NCBI RefSeq assembly: GCF_029335975.1
Contig: NZ_JARJMT020000145.1
Location: forward strand, 472-64,471
Length of the DNA stretch: 64,000 bases
DNA from: Tepidimonas sp.
GTDB taxonomy: Bacteria > Pseudomonadota > Gammaproteobacteria > Burkholderiales > Burkholderiaceae_C
Direction: 5' to 3'
Shown: piece by piece, positions 10,095 through 21,715 of the stretch
How the letters are laid out: each line of letters starts with the position of its first letter
Position numbering within the stretch: the stretch's first letter is position 1
Notes under the pieces: generated by a model
The model's database searches: none
Told to the model about the DNA's origin: nothing
The model's input: the letters and a program-made list of their open reading frames with translations, nothing else
Position numbers and translations under genes: made by a program

Positions 10095-11282
10095 TCAAAG
10101 CATCTCCAGCGCGATGGCCGTGCCCTCGCCGCCGCCGATGCACAGGGTTGCCACGCCGCGCTTCAAGCCGCGCGCCTTGAGCGCATACATCAGCGTCACC
10201 ATGATGCGCGCGCCGCTGGCGCCGATCGGGTGGCCCAGCGCGCAAGCGCCGCCGTGGACGTTGACGATGTCGTGGCTGACGCCCAGCTCGGCCATCAGCG
10301 CCATGGGCACCACGGCAAACGCCTCGTTGACCTCCCACAGTTGCACGTCGGCCACCTGCCAGCCGGTCTTGGCCAGTAGCTTGCGCGTGGCGCCCACCGG
10401 CGCGGTGGTGAACCAGTTGGGCTCCTGCGCGTGGATGGCATGGCCGACGATGCGCGCCAGTGGCGTGCAGCCCAGCCGCTCGGCGGTGGAGGCGCGCATG
10501 AGCACCAGGGCCGCTGCGCCGTCGTTGATCGACGAGCTGGACGCCGCCGTGATGGTGCCGTCCTTTTTGAACGCGGGCTTGAGTTGCGGAATCTTGTCGA
10601 GCTTGATCTTGCCCGGGCCCTCATCGCTGGCGACGACGCGCTCGCCGGCGCGCTCCTTGACGGTGACGGGGGTGATCTCGGGGGCAAAGGTGCCATCGGC
10701 CACGGCTTTCTGGGCGCGCGTCACCGAGGCGGTGGCAAACGCATCCTGCTGCTCACGGGTAAATTGGTACTTGGCCGCGCAGTCTTCGCCAAAAGTGCCC
10801 ATGCTGCGACCGGGCTCGTAGGCGTCCTCCAGCCCGTCCAACATCATGTGGTCGAAGACGCGGTCGTGCCCCATGCGGTAGCCGCCGCGGCCCTTGAGCA
10901 GCAGATAGGGCGCGTTGGTCATGCTCTCCATGCCACCGGCGACCATGACGTCGGCCGTGCCCGCCACCAGCATGTCGTGCGCAAACATCGCCGCGCGCAT
11001 GCCCGAGCCGCACATCTTGGACAGCGTCACCGCGCCGGCGCTCTTGGGCAGACCGGCCTTGAGCGCCGCCTGCCGCGCCGGGGCCTGGCCCTGACCGGCC
11101 ATCAGGCAGTTGCCCATCAGCACCTCATCCACCGCATCGGGCGGGATGCCTGCGCGTTCCACGGCGGCGCGGATGGCAGCCGCCCCCAGATCGTGCGCGG
11201 CCAGCGTGGCGAAGTCGCCCTGAAAGCTGCCCATGGGGGTGCGTGCGGCACCGACGATGACGATTGGATCGGTTTGGCTCAT
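10095..11282 (-). CDS. Acetyl-CoA C-acyltransferase (thiolase)
   Basis: [34 protein letters not shown]; start at MSQTDP overlapping the aceK stop. Confidence 0.93.
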   Translation of the reverse strand: MSQTDPIVIVGAARTPMGSFQGDFATLAAHDLGAAAIRAAVERAGIPPDAVDEVLMGNCLMAGQGQAPARQAALKAGLPKSAGAVTLSKMCGSGMRAAMFAHDMLVAGTADVMVAGGMESMTNAPYLLLKGRGGYRMGHDRVFDHMMLDGLEDAYEPGRSMGTFGEDCAAKYQFTREQQDAFATASVTRAQKAVADGTFAPEITPVTVKERAGERVVASDEGPGKIKLDKIPQLKPAFKKDGTITAASSSSINDGAAALVLMRASTAERLGCTPLARIVGHAIHAQEPNWFTTAPVGATRKLLAKTGWQVADVQLWEVNEAFAVVPMALMAELGVSHDIVNVHGGACALGHPIGASGARIMVTLMYALKARGLKRGVATLCIGGGEGTAIALEML

Positions 11283-13168
11283 GCTGTGACTCCTGTCGGT
11301 TGGGGTGTGGAGAGGGCGGCGGGCGCATGCGCGGACTCGGCCGTCGGGGAAAGGGGCACGGCGCGCTGGGCACAGAAGCGCCGCTCGCGCTCGTAGGGAA
11401 AGACGTCGTGGACATGGCCGGCCAGGATGCGCTCTTTGTGGCCCTGCCAAAAAGCCACGTCCAGCAAATCGGCGTGGTGGTGCATGAAGATGTCGCGCAC
11501 CATCGGGTTGCCCAGGAGAAAGGGGCCAAAGGTCTCGGGGAAGACATCGTGCGGCCCCACCGAGTACCAGATCTCCCCGCTCATCTCGTCATCCTCGTTG
11601 CGCGGCGGCGGCACGCGGCGGAAGTTGCAGTCGGTGATGTATTCGATCTCGTCGTAGTCGTAGAAGACCACCTTACCATGGCGCGTGATGCCGAAGTTTT
11701 TCCACAGCATGTCGCCGGGAAAGATGTTGGCCGCCACCAAGTCCTTGATGGCGTTGCCGTATTCCACCACGGCATGTTCGAGCTGCTGGCGCGCCGTCGT
11801 GTTGCCCGGGTCTTTGCTCAGGATGTCGAAACATTCCTGCAAATAGATGTTGAGCGGGATCATGCGCCGCTCGATGTAGACATGCTTGAGGAAAACCTCG
11901 ATATTGCCATCGTCGTTGCGGTCGCCGATTTCAATCTGGCTGGGCGCAAATTTCTGGATTTCCTCGATCAGCTCGTCGGTGAAGCGCTCGCGGGGAAAGC
12001 CCACACCGCTGAATTCCAATGTGTCGGCCATACGGCCGACACGGTCGTGCTGCTTGACGAGCTGGTATTTGCTGCGGATCTGCTCGCGCGTGGTGTCCTT
12101 TTGCGGCGGAAAGCGGTCCTTGATGACCTTGAACACGAACGGAAAGCTCGGCAGGTCGAACACCAGCATCACCATGCCTTTGATGCCAGGAGCGATGCGG
12201 AACTTGTCCGTGCTGTGCCGCATGTGGTGGAGGAAGTCGCGGTAGAACAGCGTTTTGCCCTGCTTGGCCAGGCCCAGCGCGTTGTAGAACTCCGCGCGGG
12301 GCTTGCGCGGCATCAGGCTGCGCAGAAACTGCACATAAGCGCTGGGCACCTCCATATCCACCATGAAATAGGCCCGCGCGAAGCTGAAGATCATCAGCAA
12401 ATCGTCCTCGCCGTGCAGCAGCGCATCGATGACCAGTCGCCCCGACGCCCCGTGCAGGATGGGCAGCGCAAATGGCAGCTCCTGAAAGCCGTTGATCAAT
12501 TTGCCGACCGCATAGGCCCCCTTGTTGCGGTAAAACAGGCTGTCGAGCACCTGGATCTGGAAATTGGCCCGCAGCCGACGGTGGTCGAACAGCGGCAACA
12601 GCGCCGACAGCACATCGGACACGTCACGCGCCAAGTCCTCGAACGGGACGCGAAGGCCAAAATCCTCGATCAAGCGCACCAGGGTCGCGGGCAGTTCATC
12701 GACCGATTTGGGGTAATAGCAGCGGTAGGTGGTGTGCGACTTGGGGTCTTGCGGCTCGATGTACTCCGTGCTGATGGCCGGCCGCACGAAGATGAAGTCA
12801 TTCTGAAAATAGCTGCGGTGCAGGATCTTGGTGGTGACCGAATTGAAGAAAGTCTCGGCCAGCTCCGGCTGGCGATGGTCGACCAGCATGCCGATGTAGA
12901 GCAGCTTGACCTGCTGCCATACCTCCATCGGCTGCTGCGAGGCGTGGAACTCCCGCTCCAGGCGCGTGACACACTCTTTGACGCGCAGGTCGTAGAACTC
13001 GATGCGCTCGCGCTGCGCCCGCTGCTGGCCCACCCAATCCGCGGTCTCGAAGCGGTGCTTGGCGCGCGCCGACTCGGCGCGAAAGAGCCGGTAGTGGCGG
13101 TTGAAGCCATCAATCATCGCGCGGGCGATGTCGTAGGCGAGCGAGGAGTCGAGTCGGCTCGGCAGCAT
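11279..13168 (-). CDS. aceK: Isocitrate dehydrogenase kinase/phosphatase
   Basis: [47 protein letters not shown]. Confidence 0.95.
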   Translation of the reverse strand: MLPSRLDSSLAYDIARAMIDGFNRHYRLFRAESARAKHRFETADWVGQQRAQRERIEFYDLRVKECVTRLEREFHASQQPMEVWQQVKLLYIGMLVDHRQPELAETFFNSVTTKILHRSYFQNDFIFVRPAISTEYIEPQDPKSHTTYRCYYPKSVDELPATLVRLIEDFGLRVPFEDLARDVSDVLSALLPLFDHRRLRANFQIQVLDSLFYRNKGAYAVGKLINGFQELPFALPILHGASGRLVIDALLHGEDDLLMIFSFARAYFMVDMEVPSAYVQFLRSLMPRKPRAEFYNALGLAKQGKTLFYRDFLHHMRHSTDKFRIAPGIKGMVMLVFDLPSFPFVFKVIKDRFPPQKDTTREQIRSKYQLVKQHDRVGRMADTLEFSGVGFPRERFTDELIEEIQKFAPSQIEIGDRNDDGNIEVFLKHVYIERRMIPLNIYLQECFDILSKDPGNTTARQQLEHAVVEYGNAIKDLVAANIFPGDMLWKNFGITRHGKVVFYDYDEIEYITDCNFRRVPPPRNEDDEMSGEIWYSVGPHDVFPETFGPFLLGNPMVRDIFMHHHADLLDVAFWQGHKERILAGHVHDVFPYERERRFCAQRAVPLSPTAESAHAPAALSTPQPTGVTA

Positions 13169-13201
13169 GCGATCTTTCTTGCGGCAGGAAACAGCGCATC
13201 A

Positions 13202-13864
13202 TCATGACAGATACAGCCGGTGGCGCTGCACCACCGCTGCGCAGGCGCTGCGGTGAACCTCCTCCACCTCTTCGGCGCTGCGCATGGACACGCACAAGTC
13301 CTGCAACAGGCCGTCCCTGAGGCCGTACACCCAACCGTGCAGCATCACAGGCTGGCTGCGCGCCCAAGCGTCCTGGACGACCGTGGACTGCGCGACATGC
13401 CGCACCTGTTCGATGACGTTGAGCTCGCACAGCACATCCAGCCGGCGTTGCGGGGGGCACGCCTGCAGCAAACGCCGATGGCGGTCCGCCACGTCGCGCA
13501 CATGGCGCAGCCAGTTGTCGGCCAAGCCGACGCGAATGCCCTGCAGCGCCGCTTGCACCCCGCCACAGCCGTAATGCCCCACCACCATCACATGCTGCAC
13601 ATGCAACATGTCCACCGCATATTGGATGGTACTCAGACAATTGAGGTCGGTGGGCACCACGACATTGGCCACATTGCGGTGCACAAAGACCTCGCCCGGC
13701 TCCAGCCCGGTGATCTGGTTGGCCGGCACGCGGCTGTCGGAACATCCGATCCACATATAGCGCGGCGACTGCTGACCGGCCAGCCCCGAGAAAAATCCCG
13801 GACGCTCGGCCTCCATCCGCGACGCCCACTCGCGGTTGCGGACCAGCAGGTGGTGCAGGGACAT
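13202..13864 (-). CDS. can: Beta-class carbonic anhydrase
   Basis: WIGCSDSRVP, VHRNVAN, GHYGCGG; ATG overlaps the ivd stop (TAATG); the longer called ORF upstream is spurious. Confidence 0.93.
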   Translation of the reverse strand: MSLHHLLVRNREWASRMEAERPGFFSGLAGQQSPRYMWIGCSDSRVPANQITGLEPGEVFVHRNVANVVVPTDLNCLSTIQYAVDMLHVQHVMVVGHYGCGGVQAALQGIRVGLADNWLRHVRDVADRHRRLLQACPPQRRLDVLCELNVIEQVRHVAQSTVVQDAWARSQPVMLHGWVYGLRDGLLQDLCVSMRSAEEVEEVHRSACAAVVQRHRLYLS

Positions 13865-15045
13865 TACGCGGTCTCCGCAAACAGTTCGCGGCCGATCAGC
13901 ATGCGTCGGATCTCGCTGGTGCCAGCGCCGATCTCGTAGAGCTTGGCGTCGCGCCACAGGCGGCCGAGCGGATATTCGTTGATGTAGCCATTGCCGCCAA
14001 AGATCTGGATACCGTCGCCAGCCATCTTGGTCGCCTGCTCGGCGCACCACAGGATGACGCTGGCGCAGTCCTTGCGCACCTGGCGCACATGCGCAGCGCC
14101 CAGCCGGTCCAGATTCTTGCCGACGGTATAGAGGAACGAACGCGCTGCCTGCAGCGTGGTATACATGTCGGCCACCTTGGCCTGGATGAGCTGAAACTCG
14201 CCGATGCTCTGACCGAACTGCTTGCGGTCGTGGATGTAGGGGATGACGTTGTCCATCACCGCCTGCATGATGCCCACGGGGCCGGCGGCGAGCACGGCGC
14301 GCTCGTAGTCCAGCCCACTCATCAACACCTTGACGCCGTTGTTGAGGCCGCCCAGGATGTGGTCGGACGGTACCTCGACATTCTGGAACACCAGCTCGCC
14401 CGTGGGGCTGCCGCGCATGCCCAGCTTGTCGAGCTTTTGCGCGATGGAAAAGCCCTTCATGCCCTTTTCGATCAGGAAGGCAGTGATACCGCGCGCACCC
14501 AGCTCGGGCTCGGTCTTGGCATAGACCACCAGCACATCTGCGTCCGGACCGTTGGTGACCCACATCTTGCTGCCGTTGAGCAAATAGTAGCCGCCTTTGT
14601 CTTCGGCGCGCAGCTTCATGCTCACCACGTCGGAGCCGGCGCCGGGCTCGCTCATGGCCAGTGCGCCCACATGCTCGCCGCTGACCAGCTTGGGCAGGTA
14701 TCGGCGCTTTTGCGCCTCGGTGCCGTTGCGGCGGATTTGATTGACGCACAGGTTGGAGTGGGCGCCATAGGACAGCCCCACCGAGGCGCTGGCGCGGCTG
14801 ATTTCCTCCATCGCAATCATGTGCGCCAGATAGCCCATCGCAGCTCCGCCGTACGCCTCCTCCACGGTGATGCCGAGCACGCCCAGTTCCCCCATCTTTG
14901 GCCACAGATCCACGGGGAACTGGTCGGTGCGGTCGATCTCCGCGGCGCGCGGGGCAATTTCCGCCTGGGCAAAGGCGCGCACCGCATCGCGCAGGGCATC
15001 GATGTCGTCACCGAGCTGGAAATCGAGGCCGGGCAAATGGGTCAT
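13864..15045 (-). CDS. liuA: Isovaleryl-CoA dehydrogenase
   Basis: [43 protein letters not shown]; GGAG 6 nt before ATG 15045. Confidence 0.93.
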   Translation of the reverse strand: MTHLPGLDFQLGDDIDALRDAVRAFAQAEIAPRAAEIDRTDQFPVDLWPKMGELGVLGITVEEAYGGAAMGYLAHMIAMEEISRASASVGLSYGAHSNLCVNQIRRNGTEAQKRRYLPKLVSGEHVGALAMSEPGAGSDVVSMKLRAEDKGGYYLLNGSKMWVTNGPDADVLVVYAKTEPELGARGITAFLIEKGMKGFSIAQKLDKLGMRGSPTGELVFQNVEVPSDHILGGLNNGVKVLMSGLDYERAVLAAGPVGIMQAVMDNVIPYIHDRKQFGQSIGEFQLIQAKVADMYTTLQAARSFLYTVGKNLDRLGAAHVRQVRKDCASVILWCAEQATKMAGDGIQIFGGNGYINEYPLGRLWRDAKLYEIGAGTSEIRRMLIGRELFAETA

Positions 15046-15063
15046 GGACATCTCCTGGGAATT

Positions 15064-15087
15064 ATTGACGTTTACGTAAACGTCAAT
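15064..15087. promoter_or_regulatory. LiuR operator upstream of liuA
   Basis: Perfect 24-bp palindrome ATTGACGTTTACGTAAACGTCAAT, matching the ACGT-N2-ACGT LiuR-type box. Confidence 0.8.
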
Positions 15088-15509
15088 TATGCCGCTTTTT
15101 CGGGCGGGACCTGGCCATCGCCCAGGCGAGCGAGCAAGGCGCGAGCCTCTTTCTCGTGCACCTTGATTTCGTCCAGGGTCGCTTGCAGGTCGGCCATCTG
15201 CTCTTCGATTTGGCGTCGATGGGCGGCTAGCACCTGCAAAAACTTGCGCAACTGCGGCCCGGTATCGCGGGGGCTGTCGTACATGTCGATCAAGTCCTTG
15301 GCCTCGGACAGGCTCAGGCCCAAGCGTTTGGCGCGCAGCACCAGCTTCAGGCGGGTGCGGTCGCGCGCCGTGTAGATCCGACTGCGCCCGCCCGGCCCCC
15401 CTCGACGCGGACTGAGCAGCCCCATGTCTTCATAGAAGCGGATCGCGCGCGTGGTCAGATCGAATTCGCGGGCCAGATCGCGGATGGTGTAAGTGGTGCT
15501 GCTCGCCAT
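15087..15509 (-). CDS. liuR: MerR-family regulator of leucine/isovalerate utilisation
   Basis: [42 protein letters not shown]; adjacent to liuA and flanked by two operators. Confidence 0.88.
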   Translation of the reverse strand: MASSTTYTIRDLAREFDLTTRAIRFYEDMGLLSPRRGGPGGRSRIYTARDRTRLKLVLRAKRLGLSLSEAKDLIDMYDSPRDTGPQLRKFLQVLAAHRRQIEEQMADLQATLDEIKVHEKEARALLARLGDGQVPPEKAA

Positions 15510-15553
15510 GACTGCTAAAATGAATTGCGGCGCCGACACGCGGGCCGCCAATC

Positions 15554-15573
15554 TGACGTTGACGTAAACGTCA
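15554..15573. promoter_or_regulatory. Second LiuR operator, upstream of liuR (autoregulation) and of the divergent prenyltransferase
   Basis: TGACGTTGACGTAAACGTCA, differing from the core of the 15064 palindrome at one base. Confidence 0.75.
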
Positions 15574-15686
15574 AGAAGACCCAATCTTACGGCAGCGCAG
15601 CCCCAAACGGCAGGGCGCGCACGGGCGGCACACCAACCGGCGTAGGACACATCGCAACGTGCCGCGACTTGGCTATAGTGACACGG

Positions 15687-16631
15687 ATGTCGGTATCCCC
15701 CAGCACCCCTTTGAGCCTGTCCGCGGCGTGGCGCCTGAGTCGTCCGGGTTTTCTCTGGGTGACCGTGGCCGCCGTGGCGCTGGGCTTGGCGATGGCGGCG
15801 GCCTGTGGTTGCGGATTCGATCCGCTGCGAGCGGGCATGACGCTGGCGCTGGCGGTCATGGCCCACGCGGCGGCCAACGTCTGGAACGACTACCACGATG
15901 CGCTCAGTGGAGCGGATGCCCTCAACCCAGCGCCGCTGTCGCCGTTTACGGGTGGCTCGCGCGCAATCCCGGAGGGTATCGCATCCCCAGCCCATGCGCG
16001 GCGCTTGGCGCTCGGGCTGACCGGCTGGGTGGTACTGGGCGGTCTGTGGCTGGCCCTGACGGCAGGCGGCGGACTGATCACCATTGGGCTGGCTGGCTTG
16101 TTCCTCGGCTGGGCTTACTCGGCCTCACCGCTGCGGCTCATGGCGCGCGGCTTCGGCGAGCTGGCGGTGGCGCTGGCATGGTGGCTGGTGGTCCTGGGGG
16201 CTTATTACACCCAACGCGGACAGTGGCAGGTCGTACCCATGGTATCGGCCATCCCTTTTGCGCTGTTGGTAGCGGCGATTTTGCTGGTCAACGGCCTGCC
16301 TGATGCCCCCTGGGACGAACCGGTGGGCAAGCGCACCCTCGCGGTGCGTCTTGGCCCAGTGGGCGTGGCGGCGCTCTACTCGGCGCTTGCGGTGCTGGCC
16401 CATGGCGTCTTGGTGGCCGCGGTGTTGGGTGTGATCGCGCCCGAGCGAGCATGGTGGGGTCTGGCCTCGCTGCCGCTGTCGCTTGCAGCGGCAGGCTTGC
16501 TGTGGCGCCACGTCGCCACGCATCAGCCCGTGACCCTGTTGCGCCCTGTCATCGGCCTGACCATCGGCGCGGCCCTGGTGCATGCGCTGGCGCTGACGGG
16601 CGCTTTCGCTGCCATCGCTCGGTCCCTCTGA
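15687..16631 (+). CDS. UbiA-superfamily (MenA-like) prenyltransferase
   Basis: NVWNDYHD and NGLPD...D...GKRTLAVRLG motifs; multiple TM helices. Confidence 0.82.
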   Translation: MSVSPSTPLSLSAAWRLSRPGFLWVTVAAVALGLAMAAACGCGFDPLRAGMTLALAVMAHAAANVWNDYHDALSGADALNPAPLSPFTGGSRAIPEGIASPAHARRLALGLTGWVVLGGLWLALTAGGGLITIGLAGLFLGWAYSASPLRLMARGFGELAVALAWWLVVLGAYYTQRGQWQVVPMVSAIPFALLVAAILLVNGLPDAPWDEPVGKRTLAVRLGPVGVAALYSALAVLAHGVLVAAVLGVIAPERAWWGLASLPLSLAAAGLLWRHVATHQPVTLLRPVIGLTIGAALVHALALTGAFAAIARSL

Positions 16632-16660
16632 GGCCGGGCCGAAAGCTGCACCGCGGCCCA

Positions 16661-17266
16661 TCAACCGAGGACATACCGGCGCAGCGCCGCGCGCCGCTCA
16701 GCATAGTCTGGCAGTACCGCAGCCACCACGGCCCAGAAAGCGGGGCCGTGGTGCATTTCGCGCAGATGAGCCAGCTCGTGCACCACGACGTAATCGAGAA
16801 GCTCCACCGGCAGGCAGACGAGCCGCCAGTTGAGCGATACGGTGCCGCGCGCGCTGGCGCTGCCCCAGCGCGTGCGGGCCGACGACAGCCGCAGCGCCGC
16901 CGGACGCACGGCCAGCAGCGGGGCGTAGTGGGCCACGCGCGCGGCGAACAGTGCGCGCGCCCGCTCGCGCAGCGCTGGCGTCGGCTCTGGCCAAACGGGC
17001 TGCGGGCGGCAGGCTTGGCGCTGCAGATGGGCCAAAACCCAAGCGGCCTTGACTTGCAGAAAGCCTTCGATATCGGACCAAGTGGCCCAGCGCGGGGCGC
17101 GCACGCTCAGGCCGAGAGGGCCGACCGACAGACCAATCGTTCGCCGCGCACTGCGCCGACACTCATAGGCGATGTGCACACCGTTGAGCTCGACCGCGCG
17201 GTTGGCCCGCGGATGTACCCAGGCGGGCGACTCGGTCGGCGTTCCCGTGGCCGGCGGCATCATCAC
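16661..17266 (-). CDS. M48/YgjP-like zinc metallopeptidase family protein (short)
   Basis: RRSARRTIGL, SARTRWGSAS, LDYVVVHELAHLREMHHGPAFW. Confidence 0.82.
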   Translation of the reverse strand: MMMPPATGTPTESPAWVHPRANRAVELNGVHIAYECRRSARRTIGLSVGPLGLSVRAPRWATWSDIEGFLQVKAAWVLAHLQRQACRPQPVWPEPTPALRERARALFAARVAHYAPLLAVRPAALRLSSARTRWGSASARGTVSLNWRLVCLPVELLDYVVVHELAHLREMHHGPAFWAVVAAVLPDYAERRAALRRYVLG

Positions 17267-17276
17267 CCGTCGGTCC

Positions 17277-18038
17277 TCAAGCGGCCAACGTCGCCGGACG
17301 GTCGTCGCGGTAGGCCTCGGGATCGAGCCGGCGCATCTCCGACTCGATCCACGTCTCGACCTCGCGCATCAGCGCCTCGGGATCTCGGCCCTCACTCGGG
17401 ATGGGCCGGCCGATGGAAAACACCACCGTGCCAGGCCGTTTGACGATGGCGCGCGGCGGCCAGCAGCGGCCCGACGTCACCGCGATGGGGATCACTGGCG
17501 CACCCGTTTGCACCGCCAACCGGGTGCCACCGCTTTTGTATTGGCCGCGCTGCCCGCGGGCGACACGGGTGCCTTCGGGAAATAGGATCACCCAGACCCC
17601 GCGCGCAAGCAAGCGGCGTCCCTGCTCGACCACCTTGTGAAAGGCTTGCGCGCGTTTGGCGCGGTCGATGTGTATCATGTCCAATCGCCCCAGCGCCCAA
17701 CCGAAGAAGGGGATATACAGCAGCTCCCGCTTGAAGACGAAGGCCAGCGGATGCGGCATGAGTACCGGCAGGCAAAATGTCTCCCAGGTCGATTGGTGCT
17801 TGGCGAGCAAAATGGCAGGGGCCGTCTCGCCGTTCGGCAGATTCTCCCAACCGATGACATGGTTGCGGATGCCCAGCATCCAGCGCGCTGCCCAGACCTG
17901 CAGCCGCACCCAGGCCACGCAAAACCAGTACAACCGGTTGGCTGAGACGAATGGGGACATCAGGACCGCGGCCGTGGCCCAAGGAACGACCGTGACCCCC
18001 ATGAACAGCAGGTGGAGCCAGGAGCGCAGTATGTTCAT
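17277..18038 (-). CDS. plsC: 1-acyl-sn-glycerol-3-phosphate acyltransferase
   Basis: KHQSTWET (HxxxxD/E), FPEGTR; start MNILRS overlaps the gmhB stop. Confidence 0.9.
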   Translation of the reverse strand: MNILRSWLHLLFMGVTVVPWATAAVLMSPFVSANRLYWFCVAWVRLQVWAARWMLGIRNHVIGWENLPNGETAPAILLAKHQSTWETFCLPVLMPHPLAFVFKRELLYIPFFGWALGRLDMIHIDRAKRAQAFHKVVEQGRRLLARGVWVILFPEGTRVARGQRGQYKSGGTRLAVQTGAPVIPIAVTSGRCWPPRAIVKRPGTVVFSIGRPIPSEGRDPEALMREVETWIESEMRRLDPEAYRDDRPATLAA

Positions 18039-18646
18039 GGGCGCGCTCCCGCCCCCCCCTTGGCCGCATCCACTGCCTGGGCCCGCGACGCATCGCGGGC
18101 GATGAGGGCGTCGGCAAAAGCGAGCAAGTCCACGTGGATGGTGACGCCTTCGGGCAGACCGGCCGGGCGGGTGCCATCGCGATGTGCAGCGGACTGCCCA
18201 GTCAGCACCAGGTGGGTATCGCAGCCCGCGGCCACCCCGGCGCAAGCGTCACGCACCGAGTCGCCCACGGCCACCAATTGGGCTGGCGCAATGCCGTAGC
18301 GGGCGGCGATCTGCAAAAACAGACCCGGCGCGGGCTTGCGGCAGTCGCAGGCATCCTCCGGCGCATGAGGGCAGAAAAATACGGCGTCGATGCGCCCCCC
18401 CGCCTGAGCCAGCGCCTTGTGCATGCGGGCGTGCACGGCATTGAGCGTGTCGACATCGAACAGCCCCCGCCCCAGCCCCGACTGGTTGGAGGCGACGACC
18501 ACGCGCCAGCCCGCCTCGTTCAGGCGTGCAACCGCTTCCAACGCGCCGGGCAACGGCACCCAATCGTCCGGGCCGCGCAAGAAATCTTCCGGATCCCGGT
18601 TGAGGGTACCGTCGCGATCGATGACGACCAGCCTGATGTCACGCAC
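18035..18646 (-). CDS. gmhB: D-glycero-beta-D-manno-heptose 1,7-bisphosphate 7-phosphatase
   Basis: IDRDGTLN HAD motif, SNQSGLGRG, CPH...CDCRKP, GDSVRD. Confidence 0.92.
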   Translation of the reverse strand: MRDIRLVVIDRDGTLNRDPEDFLRGPDDWVPLPGALEAVARLNEAGWRVVVASNQSGLGRGLFDVDTLNAVHARMHKALAQAGGRIDAVFFCPHAPEDACDCRKPAPGLFLQIAARYGIAPAQLVAVGDSVRDACAGVAAGCDTHLVLTGQSAAHRDGTRPAGLPEGVTIHVDLLAFADALIARDASRAQAVDAAKGGAGARP

Positions 18647-18659
18647 GCCCCAGTTCCCT

Positions 18660-20786
18660 TCAAGTCGCCAGACGCGACAGGTCGGCCACGCGGTTCATGG
18701 CCTGGTGCAGCACGGCCAGCAGCCCCAGCCGGTTGGCACGCAGGGCCGCGTCGTCGACGTTGACCATCACCCCGTCGAAGAAGGCATCCACCGGTGCCTT
18801 GAGCGCCGCCAGACGCTGCAAGCTGACGGTGTAGTCGCCCGCGACATAGGCAGCGTCGGCCGCAGGCTGCACCGCTTGCAGAGCCTGGTGCAGGGCCTGC
18901 TCGGCCGGCTCGACCAATCGGCTGGGGTCCACCTGGGGCGGCACGGCCGCCTCGGCCTTGCGCAGGATGTTGGTCACCCGCTTGTTGGCAGCGGCCAGCG
19001 CCGGCGCCTCGGGCAACGCGGCAAAGGCGCGCACCGCCGCCAGCCGGCGCGGCACCTCGCGCAGTTGCGCTGGGCGCAGCGCCAGCACGGCATCCACCTC
19101 CTGCGCGCTGTAGCCCTGCTCGCGCAGGTTGACGGCCAGGCGGTCGTAGAAAAACGCCCCCAGCGCCTCGCGCGGATCGCGGATGCGCTCACCAAAGACC
19201 GCCACGGCCGCGTCGATGAGCGCGGGCAGATCCAGCGGCAGATCGCGCTCGATGAGCATGCGCACCACCCCCAGCGCATGCCGGCGCAGGGCGTACGGGT
19301 CCTTGTCGCCGGTGGGCAGGCTGCCGATGCCAAACAGCCCAACCAGCGTTTCGAGCTTGTCGGCCAGCGCCACGCACAGGCCAACCGGGTTGCGCGGCAG
19401 ATCGTCGCCAGCGTAGCGCGGCTTGTAATGGTCTTCGATGGCCTGGGCGACCGCCTCATCCAGCCCATCGTGCCGGGCGTAGTAGGCTCCCATGATGCCC
19501 TGCAGCTCAGGGAACTCGCCCACCATGTCGGTCAGCAGATCGGCTTTGGCCAACAGGGCCGCCAAATCGGCCTGACGCACCAAGGCATCCCCACCCAGTC
19601 GGGCAGCGATGGTGCGCGCGATTGCCCCCACGCGCTCCACCCGCTCGCCCTGGGTGCCCAGCTGGTTGTGATAAACCACCTTGGCCAGCCCCAGCACCCG
19701 CGACTCCAGCGGACGCTTGCGGTCCTGATCGTAGAAAAATTTGGCATCGGCCAGCCGCGGGCGCACCACCCGTTCGTTGCCGGCGACGACCGCACTCGGA
19801 TCGTGTGGCGTGATGTTGCTCACCACCAAAAAACGGTGGGTCAGCCGCCCCTGCGCATCGAGCAGCGGGAAGTACTTCTGGTTGGCCTTCATCGTCAGAA
19901 TCAGGCACTCCTGCGGCACTTCCAAAAAAGCCTCGTCGAACTGGCAGACCAGCACATTCGGGCGCTCCACCAGCGCGGTCACCTCATCCAACAGGGCGTC
20001 GTCTTCGATGGGCCGACAGCCACCGCCCACGCGGGCTGCCGCCTGCGCGAGCTGGCGCTGGATCTCGGCGCGGCGCTCGGCAAAGCTGGCGATGACGGCC
20101 CCTTCGCGCGCCAAGGTCTCGGCATAGGCGTCGGCGTGCGGCAGCTCGATCGGATCGCACGCCGCCTCGAAACGGTGACCATGGGTGTGGCGGCCCGCCG
20201 TCAACCCCAGGGCCTGCACCGGCACCACCCGATCCCCGTGCAGAGCGACCAGACCATGCGCGGGGCGCACGAAGTGCACACTGCTCCAGCCATCGGCCAG
20301 CTGATAGGTCATGACCTTGGGGATGGGCAGGCGGCGCAAGGCCTCGTCCAGCGCCTTTTGCAGCCCGACCTCCAGGGCCACCCCGGCCACCACGCTGTCC
20401 CAGAACAGGGCCTCGGCCTTGCCGTCGGACTGGCGGCGCAGCCGGGCCGTCAGTGCGGCGACGTCGGTCGTGTCCACGCCCAGGCTGGTCAGCTTTTTGC
20501 GCAGGGCTGGCGTCGGCTGGCCCTGTGCGTCCAGGCCCACGGCCACGGGCATGAGCTTGAGCTGCACCGCGCGGTCGTCGGCCTTGGCACGCACCCCGCT
20601 CAGGTGCGCGGCCAGCCGGCGCGGGCTGGCATAGGGGGTGAGCACGGCCCCGGCATCGACCAGGCCTTGGTCGCGCAGCTGGTCGGCCAGCACGCAGCCA
20701 AAGGCCTCGCCCAGGGTCTTGAGCGCCTTGGGCGGCAACTCTTCGACGAACAGCTCCACCAGCAGGTTTGCGGTCTGGGTCGTCAT
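18660..20786 (-). CDS. glyS: Glycine--tRNA ligase beta subunit
   Basis: [49 protein letters not shown]. Confidence 0.95.
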   Translation of the reverse strand: MTTQTANLLVELFVEELPPKALKTLGEAFGCVLADQLRDQGLVDAGAVLTPYASPRRLAAHLSGVRAKADDRAVQLKLMPVAVGLDAQGQPTPALRKKLTSLGVDTTDVAALTARLRRQSDGKAEALFWDSVVAGVALEVGLQKALDEALRRLPIPKVMTYQLADGWSSVHFVRPAHGLVALHGDRVVPVQALGLTAGRHTHGHRFEAACDPIELPHADAYAETLAREGAVIASFAERRAEIQRQLAQAAARVGGGCRPIEDDALLDEVTALVERPNVLVCQFDEAFLEVPQECLILTMKANQKYFPLLDAQGRLTHRFLVVSNITPHDPSAVVAGNERVVRPRLADAKFFYDQDRKRPLESRVLGLAKVVYHNQLGTQGERVERVGAIARTIAARLGGDALVRQADLAALLAKADLLTDMVGEFPELQGIMGAYYARHDGLDEAVAQAIEDHYKPRYAGDDLPRNPVGLCVALADKLETLVGLFGIGSLPTGDKDPYALRRHALGVVRMLIERDLPLDLPALIDAAVAVFGERIRDPREALGAFFYDRLAVNLREQGYSAQEVDAVLALRPAQLREVPRRLAAVRAFAALPEAPALAAANKRVTNILRKAEAAVPPQVDPSRLVEPAEQALHQALQAVQPAADAAYVAGDYTVSLQRLAALKAPVDAFFDGVMVNVDDAALRANRLGLLAVLHQAMNRVADLSRLAT

Positions 20787-21703
20787 GCGGCCCCCTTTTT
20801 CGTGAGCTGACCGAGCACTTCGTCGGCCCATGCGCGTGGCGCCATCGGGAAGCCGAGCCGCGCGCGGCTGTCCAGATAGCTTTGCGCCACGCTGCGCGCC
20901 AGATTGCGGATGCGGCCGATGTAGGCGGCGCGCTCGGTCACACTGATCGCGCCGCGCGCATCCAGCAGGTTGAAGGTGTGCGCGGCCTTGAGCACCTGCT
21001 CATAGGCCGGCAGGGCCAGTTGCTGTTCCATCAGGTGCTTGGCTTGCCGCTCGTGCGCGGCAAAGGCGGTGAACAAAAAGTCGGGGTCCGAGTGTTCGAA
21101 GTTGTAGGCGGACTGCTCTACCTCGTTTTGGTGGAACACATCGCCGTAGGTCAAGCCTGGGGCGTAAATCAGGTCGTAGACGTTCTCCACGCCCTGCAGG
21201 TACATGGCCAGCCGCTCCAGGCCGTAGGTGATCTCACCCGTGATGGGCTTGCAGTCGATGCCGCCGACCTGCTGGAAATAGGTGAACTGCGTCACCTCCA
21301 TGCCGTTGAGCCAGACCTCCCAGCCCAGGCCCCAGGCGCCCAGCGTGGGGTTTTCCCAGTCGTCCTCCACGAAGCGGATGTCGTTCTTCTTTAGGTCGAA
21401 GCCCAGCGCTTCGAGCGAGCCCAGGTAGAGATCGAGAATGTGGTTGGGCGCGGGCTTGAGTACCACCTGGTACTGGTAGTAGTGCTGCAGGCGGTTGGGG
21501 TTTTCGCCGTAGCGCCCGTCCTTGGGGCGGCGGCTGGGCTGCACAAAGGCGGCTTTCCACGGCTCGGGGCCGATGGCGCGCAAAAAGGTCGCGGTATGGC
21601 TGGTGCCCGCACCCACCTCCATGTCGTAGGGTTGCAGCAGCGCGCAACCCTGGGCGTCCCAGTACGACTGGAGCTTTAGGATGATCTGTTGGAAGGTCAG
21701 CAT
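20783..21703 (-). CDS. glyQ: Glycine--tRNA ligase alpha subunit
   Basis: [35 protein letters not shown]. Confidence 0.97.
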   Translation of the reverse strand: MLTFQQIILKLQSYWDAQGCALLQPYDMEVGAGTSHTATFLRAIGPEPWKAAFVQPSRRPKDGRYGENPNRLQHYYQYQVVLKPAPNHILDLYLGSLEALGFDLKKNDIRFVEDDWENPTLGAWGLGWEVWLNGMEVTQFTYFQQVGGIDCKPITGEITYGLERLAMYLQGVENVYDLIYAPGLTYGDVFHQNEVEQSAYNFEHSDPDFLFTAFAAHERQAKHLMEQQLALPAYEQVLKAAHTFNLLDARGAISVTERAAYIGRIRNLARSVAQSYLDSRARLGFPMAPRAWADEVLGQLTKKGAA

Positions 21704-21715
21704 AAGCGCCCGATT

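Noticed and set aside
13202-14905. 567-aa ORF ending in carbonic anhydrase
   Set aside because: The extension is an off-frame read through liuA; the real start is the TAATG-coupled ATG at 13864.
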